Origin: a virus
Taxonomy: Duplodnaviria; Caudoviricetes
Virus record (IMG/VR): IMGVR_UViG_2862611759_000001
DNA length: 64,000 bases
Reading direction: 5' to 3' (one strand)
The notes under the pieces are model-generated. The model ran no database searches. It saw only the letters and a list, made by a program, of their open reading frames with translations, and had not been told where the DNA came from. Below are positions 37,879 to 47,632 of this stretch, in pieces; the stretch's first letter is position 1; the number at the start of each line of letters is the position of its first letter. Made by a program: the position numbers and the translations under genes.

Positions 37879-38969
37879 GCACCCGTGTCCTGACCCAGCA
37901 CGTCCTGACGGGTGAGTGGCTCACCCACAACCTTTCGCTACGCGACCTCGCCTATGGGCCCGAGCTCAACGGCCCCGGCGCGCTCACCGGCGCCCTGGCG
38001 CCGAAGCTCGCTGCCCAGAACCTGGCCGCGGTCGACCCCGGCAACACGCTCATCTACGTCGAGGCCGACGGCGAGATCGTGTGGGGCGGCCTCATCTGGG
38101 ACATCCGCCCCCAGAAGAACACCGTCCGCCTTGAAGCCGCGTCCTGGTCGTCGTACCTCCACCACCGCCACGACCTCGACGGCAGGCTCGCCGGCCGCGG
38201 CCCCTACACCTACGCCGACCGCTGCACCGTCATCCGCGACATCTGGGCCTACGCCCAGTCCGTCGTTGACGGCAACCTCGGCGTCGTCGTCGACACCACC
38301 ACATCGACATCCACGGTCGGCACGCCCAGCGACGTCTACACCTTCAACGCCTGGGAGACACCGAACCTGGGCGAGCGCCTGGACGACCTCGTCTCCGGCG
38401 ACGCCACCCCCGACTACACCTGCACCGCCGAGTGGAACACCAGCAAGACCGCCGTGATCAGACGGCTGCGTCTCGGCTGGCCGCGCCTCGGCGCCCGCCG
38501 TACCGACATCTCCTTCGCCTCGGGCGTGAACCTCGTGGAGGACCCCGAGATCGCCCTCGCCGCCGACGAGTACGCCCAGGTAGTCGTCGCCTCCGGCGCC
38601 GGAGACGGCTCGGCCAAGCGCCGCCAGACCTCCGCGGTCCGCAACGGCCGCCTGCGCATGGAGCACGTCCTCGACCTGCCCGACATCCGCACGAACGACG
38701 TCCTCGCGTCCCGCGCCTCCGCCGAACGCATCTCCCGGCAGCGCCTAGGCGCGGTGGAGGAGGTCGTCGTCCGCGACACCCCCGCCGCTCCGCTCGGCTC
38801 CTGGCAGGTCGGCGACGACATCTACACCCGCGTCTACAACCCCTGGACCACCTACACCGGCTGGTGCCGCATCACCGGCTGGACGGTCCGCCCCGATGCC
38901 CCCGGCGGCCCCCAGGCCACCGTGCAGCTCAAGCCCGCAGATCTCTACCAGTACGGAGGAACCTCATGA
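37875..38969 (+). CDS. Minor tail / baseplate hub protein
   Basis: GTG at 37875; ELNGPG...VWGGLIW...SWQVGDDI. Confidence 0.8.
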   Translation: MSTRVLTQHVLTGEWLTHNLSLRDLAYGPELNGPGALTGALAPKLAAQNLAAVDPGNTLIYVEADGEIVWGGLIWDIRPQKNTVRLEAASWSSYLHHRHDLDGRLAGRGPYTYADRCTVIRDIWAYAQSVVDGNLGVVVDTTTSTSTVGTPSDVYTFNAWETPNLGERLDDLVSGDATPDYTCTAEWNTSKTAVIRRLRLGWPRLGARRTDISFASGVNLVEDPEIALAADEYAQVVVASGAGDGSAKRRQTSAVRNGRLRMEHVLDLPDIRTNDVLASRASAERISRQRLGAVEEVVVRDTPAAPLGSWQVGDDIYTRVYNPWTTYTGWCRITGWTVRPDAPGGPQATVQLKPADLYQYGGTS

Positions 38970-40384
38970 CCCAGAACATCGGCGCCACCCTCGCCTCCAT
39001 CGAGCGCCGCCTCGCCGCCGTCGAGCGCACCTCCCGGCTCTCCTCGGCCTCCCTCGACGACACCGCGATCGAGATCCGCGACACCGGCGGCTCGCTGCGC
39101 GCGCTCGTCGGCCAGCAGCCCGACGGCACCACCGCCGTCAACGTCGTCAACGGCCCCGTCCCGCCGACACCGACCACGCCCCTCGTGCAGTCGGTCCTCG
39201 GCGGGATCGCCGCAAGCTGGGACGGCGCCTTCGCCGACGGCTCCATCACGCCCCTCGACTTCGCCAGAGTCGAGGTCCACTCGTCCGCCTCCAGCGGCTT
39301 CACCCCGACCCCCGACACCCTGCAGAGCACCATCGAGACCCCACAGGGCGCCACCGTCACCATCCCGGCCGACACCCCGCTCTACGTCCGCCTCGTCACC
39401 CGCAACACCTCCGGCACCGGCTCCACGGCCTCCGCGCAGAACGGGCCCGTCGCCCCCGCACCCGTCGTCGCCGACGAAGTCCCCGACGACGTCCTCATCG
39501 GCAAGGTCATCCAGACCGGCACCACCGGGCGCCGCGTCGTCATCTCCCCGGACGCCGGCGGCGCCAGCACCCCCGGCGTCGCCCTCTACTCCGGCGACCC
39601 GGGTGAGACCCAGCCGGGCCTCCTCTCCTCCTCCACCCTCGAATTCGGCGGAGACCTCCAGCCCAGGCTCGAACTCCAGGCGCCCACCGCCGACTCCGGC
39701 GGCGCCAAGCTCATGACGGTGTCGCCCGCCGGAGGCCACGGCGGCCAGTGGATGCTCGACACCAACGACACCCGCTCCTACTGCTTCATCCAAGGCATCG
39801 GCGGCGCCAACACCGGCGTCTCCACCATCAAGGCGTTCGCCCAGGACGGCTCCGCAGGGACCTCCTCCCTCGTCCAGGTCACCGGAACCCAGGTCCTCCT
39901 CCAGCGCGGCCTTTCCAGGCTCCTGGTCGAAACAGCCGGCCTCACGGCTGAGGGAGCGCTGACGGTCACCGGCAACCTCCGGGGTGCCTTCCTGACCGTC
40001 GACGACACCAGCTGGAGCGCCTACACCCCGGTTGTCACGGGCGCCGGATCGCCGACGTACACCACCCGCACCGGCTGGTACCGCGTCATCGGCAAAGAGG
40101 TCTACTTCTGCGCCTACATCGTCGTCGGGTCGACCGCAGGATCCGGCAGCAGCCCCATCAGCATCACCGCGCCGACCGACATCGACCGCACCACCCGCCA
40201 GGTCGTCTCCGCCAACGGCGACTCCATGACCGGCAACAGCGGCTCGCTCCAGGCGGTCTCCCTCCCCGGCACCGTCAGCCCCACCTTCGACCGCGTGCGG
40301 AACTCCACCGGCACCAACCTCACCGGCGCCAGCCTGACCGCCGGCGCGACCATCACCATCCAGGGCTCCTACCGCCGCCCCTGA
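38966..40384 (+). CDS. Tail fibre / receptor-binding protein
   Basis: ATG at 38966; FN3-like WDGAF...DFARVEVH segment; C-terminal WSAYTPV...GWYRVIGKEV...ITIQGSY head domain. Confidence 0.75.
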   Translation: MTQNIGATLASIERRLAAVERTSRLSSASLDDTAIEIRDTGGSLRALVGQQPDGTTAVNVVNGPVPPTPTTPLVQSVLGGIAASWDGAFADGSITPLDFARVEVHSSASSGFTPTPDTLQSTIETPQGATVTIPADTPLYVRLVTRNTSGTGSTASAQNGPVAPAPVVADEVPDDVLIGKVIQTGTTGRRVVISPDAGGASTPGVALYSGDPGETQPGLLSSSTLEFGGDLQPRLELQAPTADSGGAKLMTVSPAGGHGGQWMLDTNDTRSYCFIQGIGGANTGVSTIKAFAQDGSAGTSSLVQVTGTQVLLQRGLSRLLVETAGLTAEGALTVTGNLRGAFLTVDDTSWSAYTPVVTGAGSPTYTTRTGWYRVIGKEVYFCAYIVVGSTAGSGSSPISITAPTDIDRTTRQVVSANGDSMTGNSGSLQAVSLPGTVSPTFDRVRNSTGTNLTGASLTAGATITIQGSYRRP

Positions 40385-40452
40385 TCCGGCTCTCGGCGGG
40401 TGGAGCAGGGGGATCACTCCGGCCCCACCCGCCTACCCTGTGACCAGGGCGA

Positions 40453-40497
40453 CCCTCCGCCCACGCTCCACCCCCGAGGGACGCACCACCGAGTGCG
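40453..40497 (+). promoter_or_regulatory. Two-hairpin late-gene leader motif, copy 3
   Basis: CCCTC-loop-GAGGG-A-CGCAC-CACCGA-GTGCG upstream of the lysis cassette. Confidence 0.5.
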
Positions 40498-40544
40498 AAG
40501 ACCCACATCAGCTCTGGGCGCGGGGAAGATCTGGAGCACGGGCC

Positions 40545-40679
40545 ATGCCCGACACCGACACCACCACCGACGAGGTGGCCACCCTTCCTGTCCACGAGGG
40601 CACCACGCCCCCGGAGGGCCAGGTGCGCGGGATGGCCACCGACGACGACCTCGCCGACGCCGAGCGGGGGAACGCCTGA
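40545..40679 (+). CDS. Small acidic peptide preceding endolysin
   Basis: GGAG RBS; MPDTDTTTDEV; TGATG coupling to the lysin. Confidence 0.55.
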   Translation: MPDTDTTTDEVATLPVHEGTTPPEGQVRGMATDDDLADAERGNA

Positions 40680-41740
40680 TGGCCCGGATGCCCGGCGCCA
40701 CCTGGCGCCCCGTCCCGAACTACACGCCGAACGGCCAGCTCGAGGTCCGCGGCCTCGTCGTGCACATCATGGACGGCACCCTCGCGGGCACCGACGCGTG
40801 GTTCCGCAACCCGGCCTCCCAGGCCTCCTCCCACTTCGGCACCAGCCGTGACGGCCGGCTCTACCAGTGGATCGACACCCAGCACCGAGGCTGGGCCCAA
40901 GCCGGCGGGAACAAGAGCTGGCTGTCGATCGAGGACGAGGGGCGCGGCGGCCAGTCGCTCACCGAGCAGCAGCTCGACCGCGTCGCGGAGGTCTTCGCCT
41001 GGGTCGTGAAGACGTACGACGTCCCGCTCAAGGTGGCGACCGGCCCCGACGACCGCGGACTCGGCTACCACGCCATGGGCGGCAAGGCCTGGGGCGGGCA
41101 CACCTCCTGCCCCGGCGCGAAGATCGTGGCCCAGCTCGACGAGATCGTGAAGCGCGCCGCAGCGATCGTCGGGAAGAAGCCCACCCCGGGGACCGGCGGC
41201 GGCTCGAAGACCCCCGCCCGCTACCAGGCCAGCATCAACGGGCTGAAGTACGGCTACGGCGCCACCGGCGGCCACATCACCAAGGTGGGCCAGGCCCTCG
41301 TCGCCCGCGGCTTCGGGAAGCACTACAAGTCCGGGCCCGGCCCGACCTGGTCCGACGCCGACACCCTGAACTACCAGGCCTTCCAGCGCTCTCTCGGTCT
41401 CACGGGCGCGGCCGCCGACGGCGTCCCGGGGGAGGGGAGCCTGAAGAAGCTCCTCGGCACCCTGCCTGGCAAGGCTCCGTCCGCGCCGAAGTACGCGCCG
41501 TTCCCGGGCGCCGGATTCTTCAGCCCCGGCCGGCGTTCCGAGCTCATCACCCTGATGGGCCGCCGACTCGTCGCCGAAGGCTGCTCCGCGTACGCCGTCG
41601 GCCCCGGCGACCACTGGACCGAGGCCGACCGGCTCTCATACGCCAAGTGGCAGCGGAAGTGCGGCTTCTCCGGCGCCGACGCCAACGGCATCCCGGGCCC
41701 CACGACCTGGGCCGCCCTCAAGGTCCCCCAGCCCCTCTGA
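40679..41740 (+). CDS. Endolysin: N-acetylmuramoyl-L-alanine amidase with two peptidoglycan-binding domains
   Basis: LVVH...SSHF...SIEDEG...GYH...HTSCPG zinc-amidase motifs; ADGVPG and ANGIPGPTTW PG-binding repeats. Confidence 0.92.
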   Translation: MARMPGATWRPVPNYTPNGQLEVRGLVVHIMDGTLAGTDAWFRNPASQASSHFGTSRDGRLYQWIDTQHRGWAQAGGNKSWLSIEDEGRGGQSLTEQQLDRVAEVFAWVVKTYDVPLKVATGPDDRGLGYHAMGGKAWGGHTSCPGAKIVAQLDEIVKRAAAIVGKKPTPGTGGGSKTPARYQASINGLKYGYGATGGHITKVGQALVARGFGKHYKSGPGPTWSDADTLNYQAFQRSLGLTGAAADGVPGEGSLKKLLGTLPGKAPSAPKYAPFPGAGFFSPGRRSELITLMGRRLVAEGCSAYAVGPGDHWTEADRLSYAKWQRKCGFSGADANGIPGPTTWAALKVPQPL

Positions 41741-41779
41741 CCCTGCACCTCCACCCCTTCTTCCCTCTGGAGTCCTTCC

Positions 41780-42139
41780 GTGAAGAACCCGCTCATCCTC
41801 GGCCGGGAGCCGGCCGCCTGGCTCACGCTCGTTGCCGTCCTCGTGAAGCTCGCCGCCGCCTTCGGCTGGGACGCCTCCCCGGAGACCCAGGCCAACGTGA
41901 ACGCCGTCGCCGCGGCCGCCATGGGCCTCCTGATCGCCGTCCTCGTCCACGACGGCCTCGGCGCCGCCATCATCGGCGTCGCCCAGGGCGCCCTCGCCCT
42001 CGCCATCGGCTACGGCCTCGACTGGTCCACTGACCGCCAGGCCGTCGTCATGGCCGCCATCACCATCGCCATCGGCATGTGGGACCGCACCCAGGTCACC
42101 GCGAAGGTCCCCAAGAAGCCCGTCCTGCCCACCGTCTGA
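41780..42139 (+). CDS. Holin
   Basis: ILGREPA start; four TM helices; RTQVT; follows the lysin. Confidence 0.8.
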   Translation: MKNPLILGREPAAWLTLVAVLVKLAAAFGWDASPETQANVNAVAAAAMGLLIAVLVHDGLGAAIIGVAQGALALAIGYGLDWSTDRQAVVMAAITIAIGMWDRTQVTAKVPKKPVLPTV

Positions 42140-42195
42140 TCCAGCGCGGCCGGGCGGCGCCACCGCCGCCCGGCACCCCCACCATGGAGACCTCG

Positions 42196-42597
42196 ATGAA
42201 CAGCGGCATCTGGGCGGCCATCGCCACCGCGGTGCTCGCCCTGATCGGCACCGCCTACAACGCCCGACAGCAGCGCGCCGCCGCCCGCGACACCGCGCAG
42301 GAGACGGCGGCCGCCACCGTGGAAGCCGCCGAGGCCACGGCCGAAGTCGACCAACGCCAGCTCGACCAGGCCGCCTTCCACGCAATCCGGACCGCGCTCC
42401 AGGACCAGATCGACGGCCTCCGCGAAGAGATCGGCCAGCTCAAGGCCCAGGTCGCCGAGCTCGGCGAGCACGTCGAATCCCGCGAGCGGCTCCTACGCCA
42501 GGCCATGGTCCACGTCCGGGCCCAAAACCGGCTCCTCACCGCACACGGCATCACCCCCGAACCCGTACCGGCGGAACTGATCCCCTGGAGCATCTGA
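42196..42597 (+). CDS. Single-TM coiled-coil lysis-cassette protein
   Basis: N-terminal TM helix then heptad repeats. Confidence 0.7.
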   Translation: MNSGIWAAIATAVLALIGTAYNARQQRAAARDTAQETAAATVEAAEATAEVDQRQLDQAAFHAIRTALQDQIDGLREEIGQLKAQVAELGEHVESRERLLRQAMVHVRAQNRLLTAHGITPEPVPAELIPWSI

Positions 42598-42764
42598 CCG
42601 CGCCGGAGGATCCCCGCCGGCTGTTGTCCTAGGAAAGTTCAAAGAAAATAAGTCGGTCAAGCAGGCCCATGAGCTCCGCACTCTACAAATGCCTACAGCA
42701 CAGTCCGTCGGCACCTGTACCTTCGATGGAACTGACCTCGTAGCGCCTGCGAGAGGGGCACGTG

Positions 42765-43718
42765 ATGACGATGTTGGACGAGCAGTCCGTGAAACGGCTG
42801 GCGTACATCCGGATGCTCTACGAGCAGGGAGTGTCTCAGGCCCGTCAGCCCCTGCCGATGGGATCGTCGAGCTTGCTCTCACTGCACGATGCGGTGGAGA
42901 TGTTCCTGGTTCTGACCTGTGATGTCCGGAGCGTTCCGGTCGACAAGAACACGACCTTCTTGGACTACTTCAAGAAGGCCAAGGACTTGAGCGGCGCGGC
43001 CGGCATGCGCAGGCTGAACGATGCTCGGAACGGGCTGAAGCACGCTGCGGGATTGCCGTCGGCCGACACGGTGGAGCAGGCCGTTCGCGACACCTTCGCA
43101 TTCTTCGACGACAACGTCCCGCGCGTCTTCGACGCACCCTTGTGGTCGGTCGACACCTCGTACGTCATCCCTCAGGAGGAAGTCCGGAAGTGGGTCAGCC
43201 GAGCGTCGGAGCGATTCGAGGCGGACCAGGGAGGAGCGGGTCTCGCCTTGCTGCAGTTGGCTCTCCTGACGACCCTTCGGGACCCGTCCTGGCCTTACGG
43301 CTCCCTTCTGTCGAAGATCTCCCGAAGGGAAACGCACCTTCGGAAGCTGAGCGGCACCTTCAGGAAGATCTTCGACAGGAGCAACTTCCATGTCGGTGAG
43401 TTCAGCGGCCAGTTGGACCGGCTTGACGACACGGTCGGCGCCCTGCAGGACGCCATGCAGTGGCTGGTCCTGGGAGGCAGCCTGCACCACTACGCCAGGT
43501 TCCAGGCTCTGACCCCTCGGAACATCTTCTGGGGAGGGGACCACGAGGACGAGGCCGCCATGGAGCGAGTGCTCACGAGCCGGGATGTCGTTGGGAGGAA
43601 GCCGACCAGAGAGGAGTTCGAATTCTGTCGGCAGTTCGTCGTAACGACTTCTCTCCGGAAGGCGGACATCGATGCGCACGTCGTGCCGCCGTCGTGGCGA
43701 GCGAGCGACGGGGGCTGA
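42765..43718 (+). CDS. HEPN-like domain protein (putative defence/abortive-infection cargo)
   Basis: LHDAVEMFL helix and RNGLKH (Rx4H) motif; lower GC; AT-rich upstream region; located after the lysis genes. Confidence 0.65.
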   Translation: MTMLDEQSVKRLAYIRMLYEQGVSQARQPLPMGSSSLLSLHDAVEMFLVLTCDVRSVPVDKNTTFLDYFKKAKDLSGAAGMRRLNDARNGLKHAAGLPSADTVEQAVRDTFAFFDDNVPRVFDAPLWSVDTSYVIPQEEVRKWVSRASERFEADQGGAGLALLQLALLTTLRDPSWPYGSLLSKISRRETHLRKLSGTFRKIFDRSNFHVGEFSGQLDRLDDTVGALQDAMQWLVLGGSLHHYARFQALTPRNIFWGGDHEDEAAMERVLTSRDVVGRKPTREEFEFCRQFVVTTSLRKADIDAHVVPPSWRASDGG

Positions 43719-43855
43719 GCCATCCTCGGCCTGGCAGTGGATCCCCGCGAGTGACCCTCTGAGCTTAGGATCGCTCTCACAGAAGTCGTCTGCAACGGAA
43801 CGACTGGTCGTCAGGTGCCCCCGAATGGTGGATGGTTCGGGGGTATCGGTACGTC

Positions 43856-43887
43856 TGGCTCCAGATAATGTTTCTTCTCAAGAGCCA
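43856..43887. other. dif/lox-like recombination site candidate
   Basis: TGGCTCCAGATAA-TGTTTC-TTCTCAAGAGCCA (13-6-13 imperfect inverted repeat). Confidence 0.5.
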
Positions 43888-43910
43888 AGATCACAGGAGG
43901 GGAGAGCGCC

Positions 43911-44225
43911 ATGAGCACGACCACTCCCGCGCCGGACCGGACGCACGACTTCGGCCCCGGCCGACGGTTCTGGGGACACGACTACTCCATCAGCCGGGTC
44001 ACGGACAGCGGTCAGCGCGTCCAGGCCTCGGGCTGGGGTCACGACGGCACCCTGATCCGCGAGGGCGACTTCCTGCTTCTGGAGGCGCGCGGCGGCCGGC
44101 GCTGTACCCGGTACCGGGTGGAGAGCATCGAGCACGTGATGGACCCTGCGGACATGTGGCACGCCGAGCTGGTCTTCGACCCGCGCACGTACGCCACCCA
44201 GGAGGAGAAGGACGCCGCCCGATGA
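43911..44225 (+). CDS. Hypothetical protein
   Basis: RBS AGGAGG; ORF track. Confidence 0.75.
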   Translation: MSTTTPAPDRTHDFGPGRRFWGHDYSISRVTDSGQRVQASGWGHDGTLIREGDFLLLEARGGRRCTRYRVESIEHVMDPADMWHAELVFDPRTYATQEEKDAAR

Positions 44226-44623
44226 GCGAGGTCTTCCTGCGGCTCCTGCCGCACTGCCCGAAGCCGGTGGAGGTCGAGGACCGCGTCGGGGACCGCACCT
44301 ACGTCGCGGAGGTGTGCGGATGCCCTGTTGAGCGAGGCCCTGCAACGCCCGTGCACTGGTTGCTGGAGCACGGGCGCGAGATGCACTGCCCGCATGGTCC
44401 GCGCCACCCAGTCCTCTTCACGACCACCGGCCGACCGATGCTGAAGGCGACCGCTGGCGGCACCGCCTGCGCATCGTGCGCCGCCGGGCTCTACAGCCAT
44501 CACCGGGTCCGGCGCCTCGACGTCGATGTGCTCTGCTGCTACTGCGGCGGCCCGGCAGAGGCGGGTGACGGATGGTACCTGAAGACGCACCCGGCGCTCG
44601 GAGTTCCTGGGGCACGCCGGTGA
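44222..44623 (+). CDS. Cys/His-rich hypothetical protein
   Basis: Coupled ATGA start; CASC and CCYC motifs. Confidence 0.6.
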   Translation: MSEVFLRLLPHCPKPVEVEDRVGDRTYVAEVCGCPVERGPATPVHWLLEHGREMHCPHGPRHPVLFTTTGRPMLKATAGGTACASCAAGLYSHHRVRRLDVDVLCCYCGGPAEAGDGWYLKTHPALGVPGARR

Positions 44624-45789
44624 ACAGCGACGACGACATCGTGGACGCGGAGATCGTCGGCGACCTCGTGCCCGTGCGCGGCCAACTCGTCGCCCCGCTG
44701 GGGGAGCCGGAGGCGGACCCTGACGCCTGGCTGCCTCCGGAGGCGGAGGAGGACGTCCAGGCCGGCATCCCCTGGTCGACCGAGCGGGCGTATGGCGGGG
44801 ACATGCTGCGCTTCGCCGAGTGGTGTGCGGTCGTCGGCCGGCGCCCGATGCCCGCGGCGCCGCAGACGGTGACGGCGTACCTGTCGCACCTGAAGCGGAC
44901 ACCGCGGGAGAAGACCGGTCTCCCGTACAGCCCTTCCTCCATGGGGCGGGTCATCGCGTCGATCCGGGCCGCGCACCGGGCCGAGGGGCACAAGCCGCCG
45001 GACACGATGGGCGCGCGGAAGGTGGTGCGCGGGTATCAGGCTGAGCTGTCGGTGGCGAAGGACCCGCGCGCGATGCCGAGCAAGGCGAGTGCCGCCGACC
45101 GCACCGTGCTCGCCGACGCGCTCGCGCTGCTCGACCGGCAGACGCTGGCCGGGCGCCGGGACGCGGCGCTGATGCTGCTCGGGCACGCGCTGATGTCGCG
45201 CGGCAGCGAGCTGGTGCCGCTGGACTGGCCGGCGAGCTTCACGGAGGCCGACGGCGGGGGGCTCCTCGTCCGTGTGTACCGGAAGAAGAGAAAGAAGTGG
45301 CAGGAGGTCGAGGTGCCGCTCGACCCGGAGCCCGAGCTGTGCGCCGTGCGGTCGGTCCGCGCGCTGGTCGCCGAGATGGAGGCCGCTCTGGCGGGCGAGG
45401 ACCGTACGGCCTTCCCGCTGTTCCAGCGCATCGACCGGTACGGCTACCTGGCGCCGGAGATGACACGGGGCGGCGAGCCGATTGGGGACCCGTCGGGGCG
45501 GATGACGGAAGAGGCCGCGTCGGATGTCGTCGACCGCTCCATCCGGCGCACGGGCCGGCCGGGGAAATGGACCTCGCACGCGCTGCGCCGCGGCGGGGTG
45601 AAGTCGGCGCGGGACGCCGGCGCGGACATCGTCGACATCGGCCGGCACGGCGGGTGGGACGACCGGTCGAAGGCGCTGATCGGCTACATCGACGAGGAGG
45701 ACAGCAAGGGAGCGCGGAACCCGTTGGTGAAGATCGGCCAGGCTGCCCAGGAGCGAGCGCAGAAGAACCGCGGCGGCACCTCCTTGTGA
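44620..45789 (+). CDS. Cre-like tyrosine recombinase
   Basis: SAM-like N-terminal domain; RDAALMLLG...SRGSEL (R), HALRRG (HxxR), HGGW and GYI (catalytic Tyr). Confidence 0.92.
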   Translation: MNSDDDIVDAEIVGDLVPVRGQLVAPLGEPEADPDAWLPPEAEEDVQAGIPWSTERAYGGDMLRFAEWCAVVGRRPMPAAPQTVTAYLSHLKRTPREKTGLPYSPSSMGRVIASIRAAHRAEGHKPPDTMGARKVVRGYQAELSVAKDPRAMPSKASAADRTVLADALALLDRQTLAGRRDAALMLLGHALMSRGSELVPLDWPASFTEADGGGLLVRVYRKKRKKWQEVEVPLDPEPELCAVRSVRALVAEMEAALAGEDRTAFPLFQRIDRYGYLAPEMTRGGEPIGDPSGRMTEEAASDVVDRSIRRTGRPGKWTSHALRRGGVKSARDAGADIVDIGRHGGWDDRSKALIGYIDEEDSKGARNPLVKIGQAAQERAQKNRGGTSL

Positions 45790-45856
45790 CGCACGAGGAC
45801 GCCGTCGCGCGCCCCCGCCCGTACGATCCACTCGGGGTGGGTGGAAGGAGAGTCGG

Positions 45857-47008
45857 GTGGGCCAGACGTACGATGCGCCCTCGGTGCGGCAGGTCGCGGA
45901 GGCCGTAGAGCGGATCGCTCCTCGGGACCGGGAGCTGTGGGACGGCCGGGAGCCGGTTCCCGGCGTCGGGGGTGTCCCTGTGCAGGTGTCGCGTTCGCGG
46001 GCGGATCAGCTCTGGATGGTCGTGGGGATGCTCGACCGGGCGGTCGGCCGCGAGGAGATCCCCGCGCACGCGCGGCGGTCGGCGGCGCGGTTGTTCACCA
46101 GGCCGGCGCTTCGGGCGTTCTGGGAGCTCGCCGAGGCGGGTGAGCTGCGGGCCCGCGCGGAGGATGTGGGCCGGCCCTTGCCGGTGGCGACGCTGCGGAT
46201 CGTACGGGACGTCCTGGCGCTGCTGGCCGACCTGGCGGTACCGGAGAAGGCGGTGTGGCTGCCGGTGGTCGAGCAGCCCGAGCTGAAGGACACGGTGCCG
46301 GCGCGGGACCGGGCGGCTCTGTACCGGGGGCTGGCGGACCTGGCCGCGCATGGGCCGCTGCAGCGCGGCGGGATCGGCATGTCGGGGCCGGAGCGGGACC
46401 GGGTCCTGGCGATGGTCGGGATCGTGCTGGACTCGGGCTCTCGCTCGGGGGAGCTGGCGGCGCTGCGGTTGACGGACCTGGCCGAGGGCCTGGCGGCCGT
46501 CGGGATCCGGCGGCGGCCTCAGCGGGCGTCGGCGTCGCGGATCGGGGAGATCGCCGCCCTGGCAGAGGTGCATCCGTCGGCGGTGGAGGCGGTGCTGTAC
46601 GGGTGGGGGTCCCAGCGTTCAGAGGCGACGCGGCAGCGGGTGCTGGCGGCGGTCGGCGAGCTGGAGCCGGTACCCGAGGTCGAGTGGTACGAGCTGTCTG
46701 CAGGCACTCGGGTGGCGGTGCGGCGGTGGCTGGAGTCCCGGCAGCAGGTGGTCGACGCGCTGCCGTTGGAGGGCGGCCGGTCGGGGCTGTGGGTGACGCT
46801 GCGCGCGACCACGGTGGGCCCGCCGGGCGTGACGCTGCAGCACAAGGGAGTGATGGCGGCGTACGCGAAGGGCGTGACGGCACTGAACTTCTCGATGGCC
46901 GGCCGCTACGGGTGGTCTCCGCTGCCGACGACGATGGAGCAGTTGCGGCGGGCGGTCGACGCGGTGCCGCTGGACGTGCGCCGGGCGCGGGCGCTCGGGG
47001 TGGCGTAA
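45857..47008 (+). CDS. Atypical tyrosine-recombinase-fold protein with inserted LacI-like HTH
   Basis: RVLAMVGIVLDSGSRSGELAALRLTDL box I; IGEIAALAEVHPSAVEAVLYG...SEATRQRVLAAVGEL insert; EQLRR instead of HxxR; no downstream Tyr. Confidence 0.7.
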   Translation: MGQTYDAPSVRQVAEAVERIAPRDRELWDGREPVPGVGGVPVQVSRSRADQLWMVVGMLDRAVGREEIPAHARRSAARLFTRPALRAFWELAEAGELRARAEDVGRPLPVATLRIVRDVLALLADLAVPEKAVWLPVVEQPELKDTVPARDRAALYRGLADLAAHGPLQRGGIGMSGPERDRVLAMVGIVLDSGSRSGELAALRLTDLAEGLAAVGIRRRPQRASASRIGEIAALAEVHPSAVEAVLYGWGSQRSEATRQRVLAAVGELEPVPEVEWYELSAGTRVAVRRWLESRQQVVDALPLEGGRSGLWVTLRATTVGPPGVTLQHKGVMAAYAKGVTALNFSMAGRYGWSPLPTTMEQLRRAVDAVPLDVRRARALGVA

Positions 47009-47196
47009 CCCGTACGGCTCGTACTCACGGGCCCGTTGACGGCGGGCGGCATACGGTCGTTGTGACACCCCCCAGGACGGGTGTGCCCCGAGGGCGGGCC
47101 CCGCGTACTTCGCACGGCGCGGGGCCGCTCCTTGAAGGGGGTGGCGGCCTGGTGAAGGGTTCAGCTAGGCTGCGCTTGCGCGATACGTGTGAACTT

Positions 47197-47233
47197 CGAA
47201 GGCCACCTCCCCGGTTCGGGGTGGTGGCCTTCG
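47197..47233. terminator. Hairpin between convergent transcription units
   Basis: CGAAGGCCACCTCCCCG-GTT-CGGGGTGGTGGCCTTCG. Confidence 0.65.
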
Positions 47234-47246
47234 CCATGCTGCGTGG

Positions 47247-47624
47247 TCAGCGCGCGGTGCGGATGGTGATGCCGTGCCGCGCGGCCATCTCCAGGCACCG
47301 CTGGCAGGACACCGTCAGCTCGGGGCTTTCGTAGAGGCCCCAGAACTTCGCCTGGGGCTTGCAGAGCGCGTCGCCGGTGCTGCGGTTGAGGCGGCCGGAG
47401 TGGAGCGGCTGGTCGAGGACGGCGTGCTCGCCATTGTTCATGTTCGGGCCCTGCCGCAGGTGGTAGGCGGTACGTACGTGGGCGGACGGCACCTGCGGGT
47501 CCACGGGCGGAAGCTGGCGGGCCTCCAGGTACGGCGTGGTCGTCGGAGGGATCGGATCTTTGGCGTCCGGGTGGTCTCGTTCGTACGCGTTCTTCATGGC
47601 GTCGAAGATGCTCTGGAAGCTCAT
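47247..47624 (-). CDS. Hypothetical protein (His/Cys, CQRC)
   Basis: ATG at 47624 with AGGAG RBS. Confidence 0.7.
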   Translation of the reverse strand: MSFQSIFDAMKNAYERDHPDAKDPIPPTTTPYLEARQLPPVDPQVPSAHVRTAYHLRQGPNMNNGEHAVLDQPLHSGRLNRSTGDALCKPQAKFWGLYESPELTVSCQRCLEMAARHGITIRTAR

Positions 47625-47632
47625 GCCTGCTC

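Noticed and set aside
44620-45789. Tyrosine recombinase as the integrase for the murB site
   Set aside because: It lies about 44 kb from the junction and is Cre/resolvase-like; the integrase is more likely at the unseen right end, though this is not excluded
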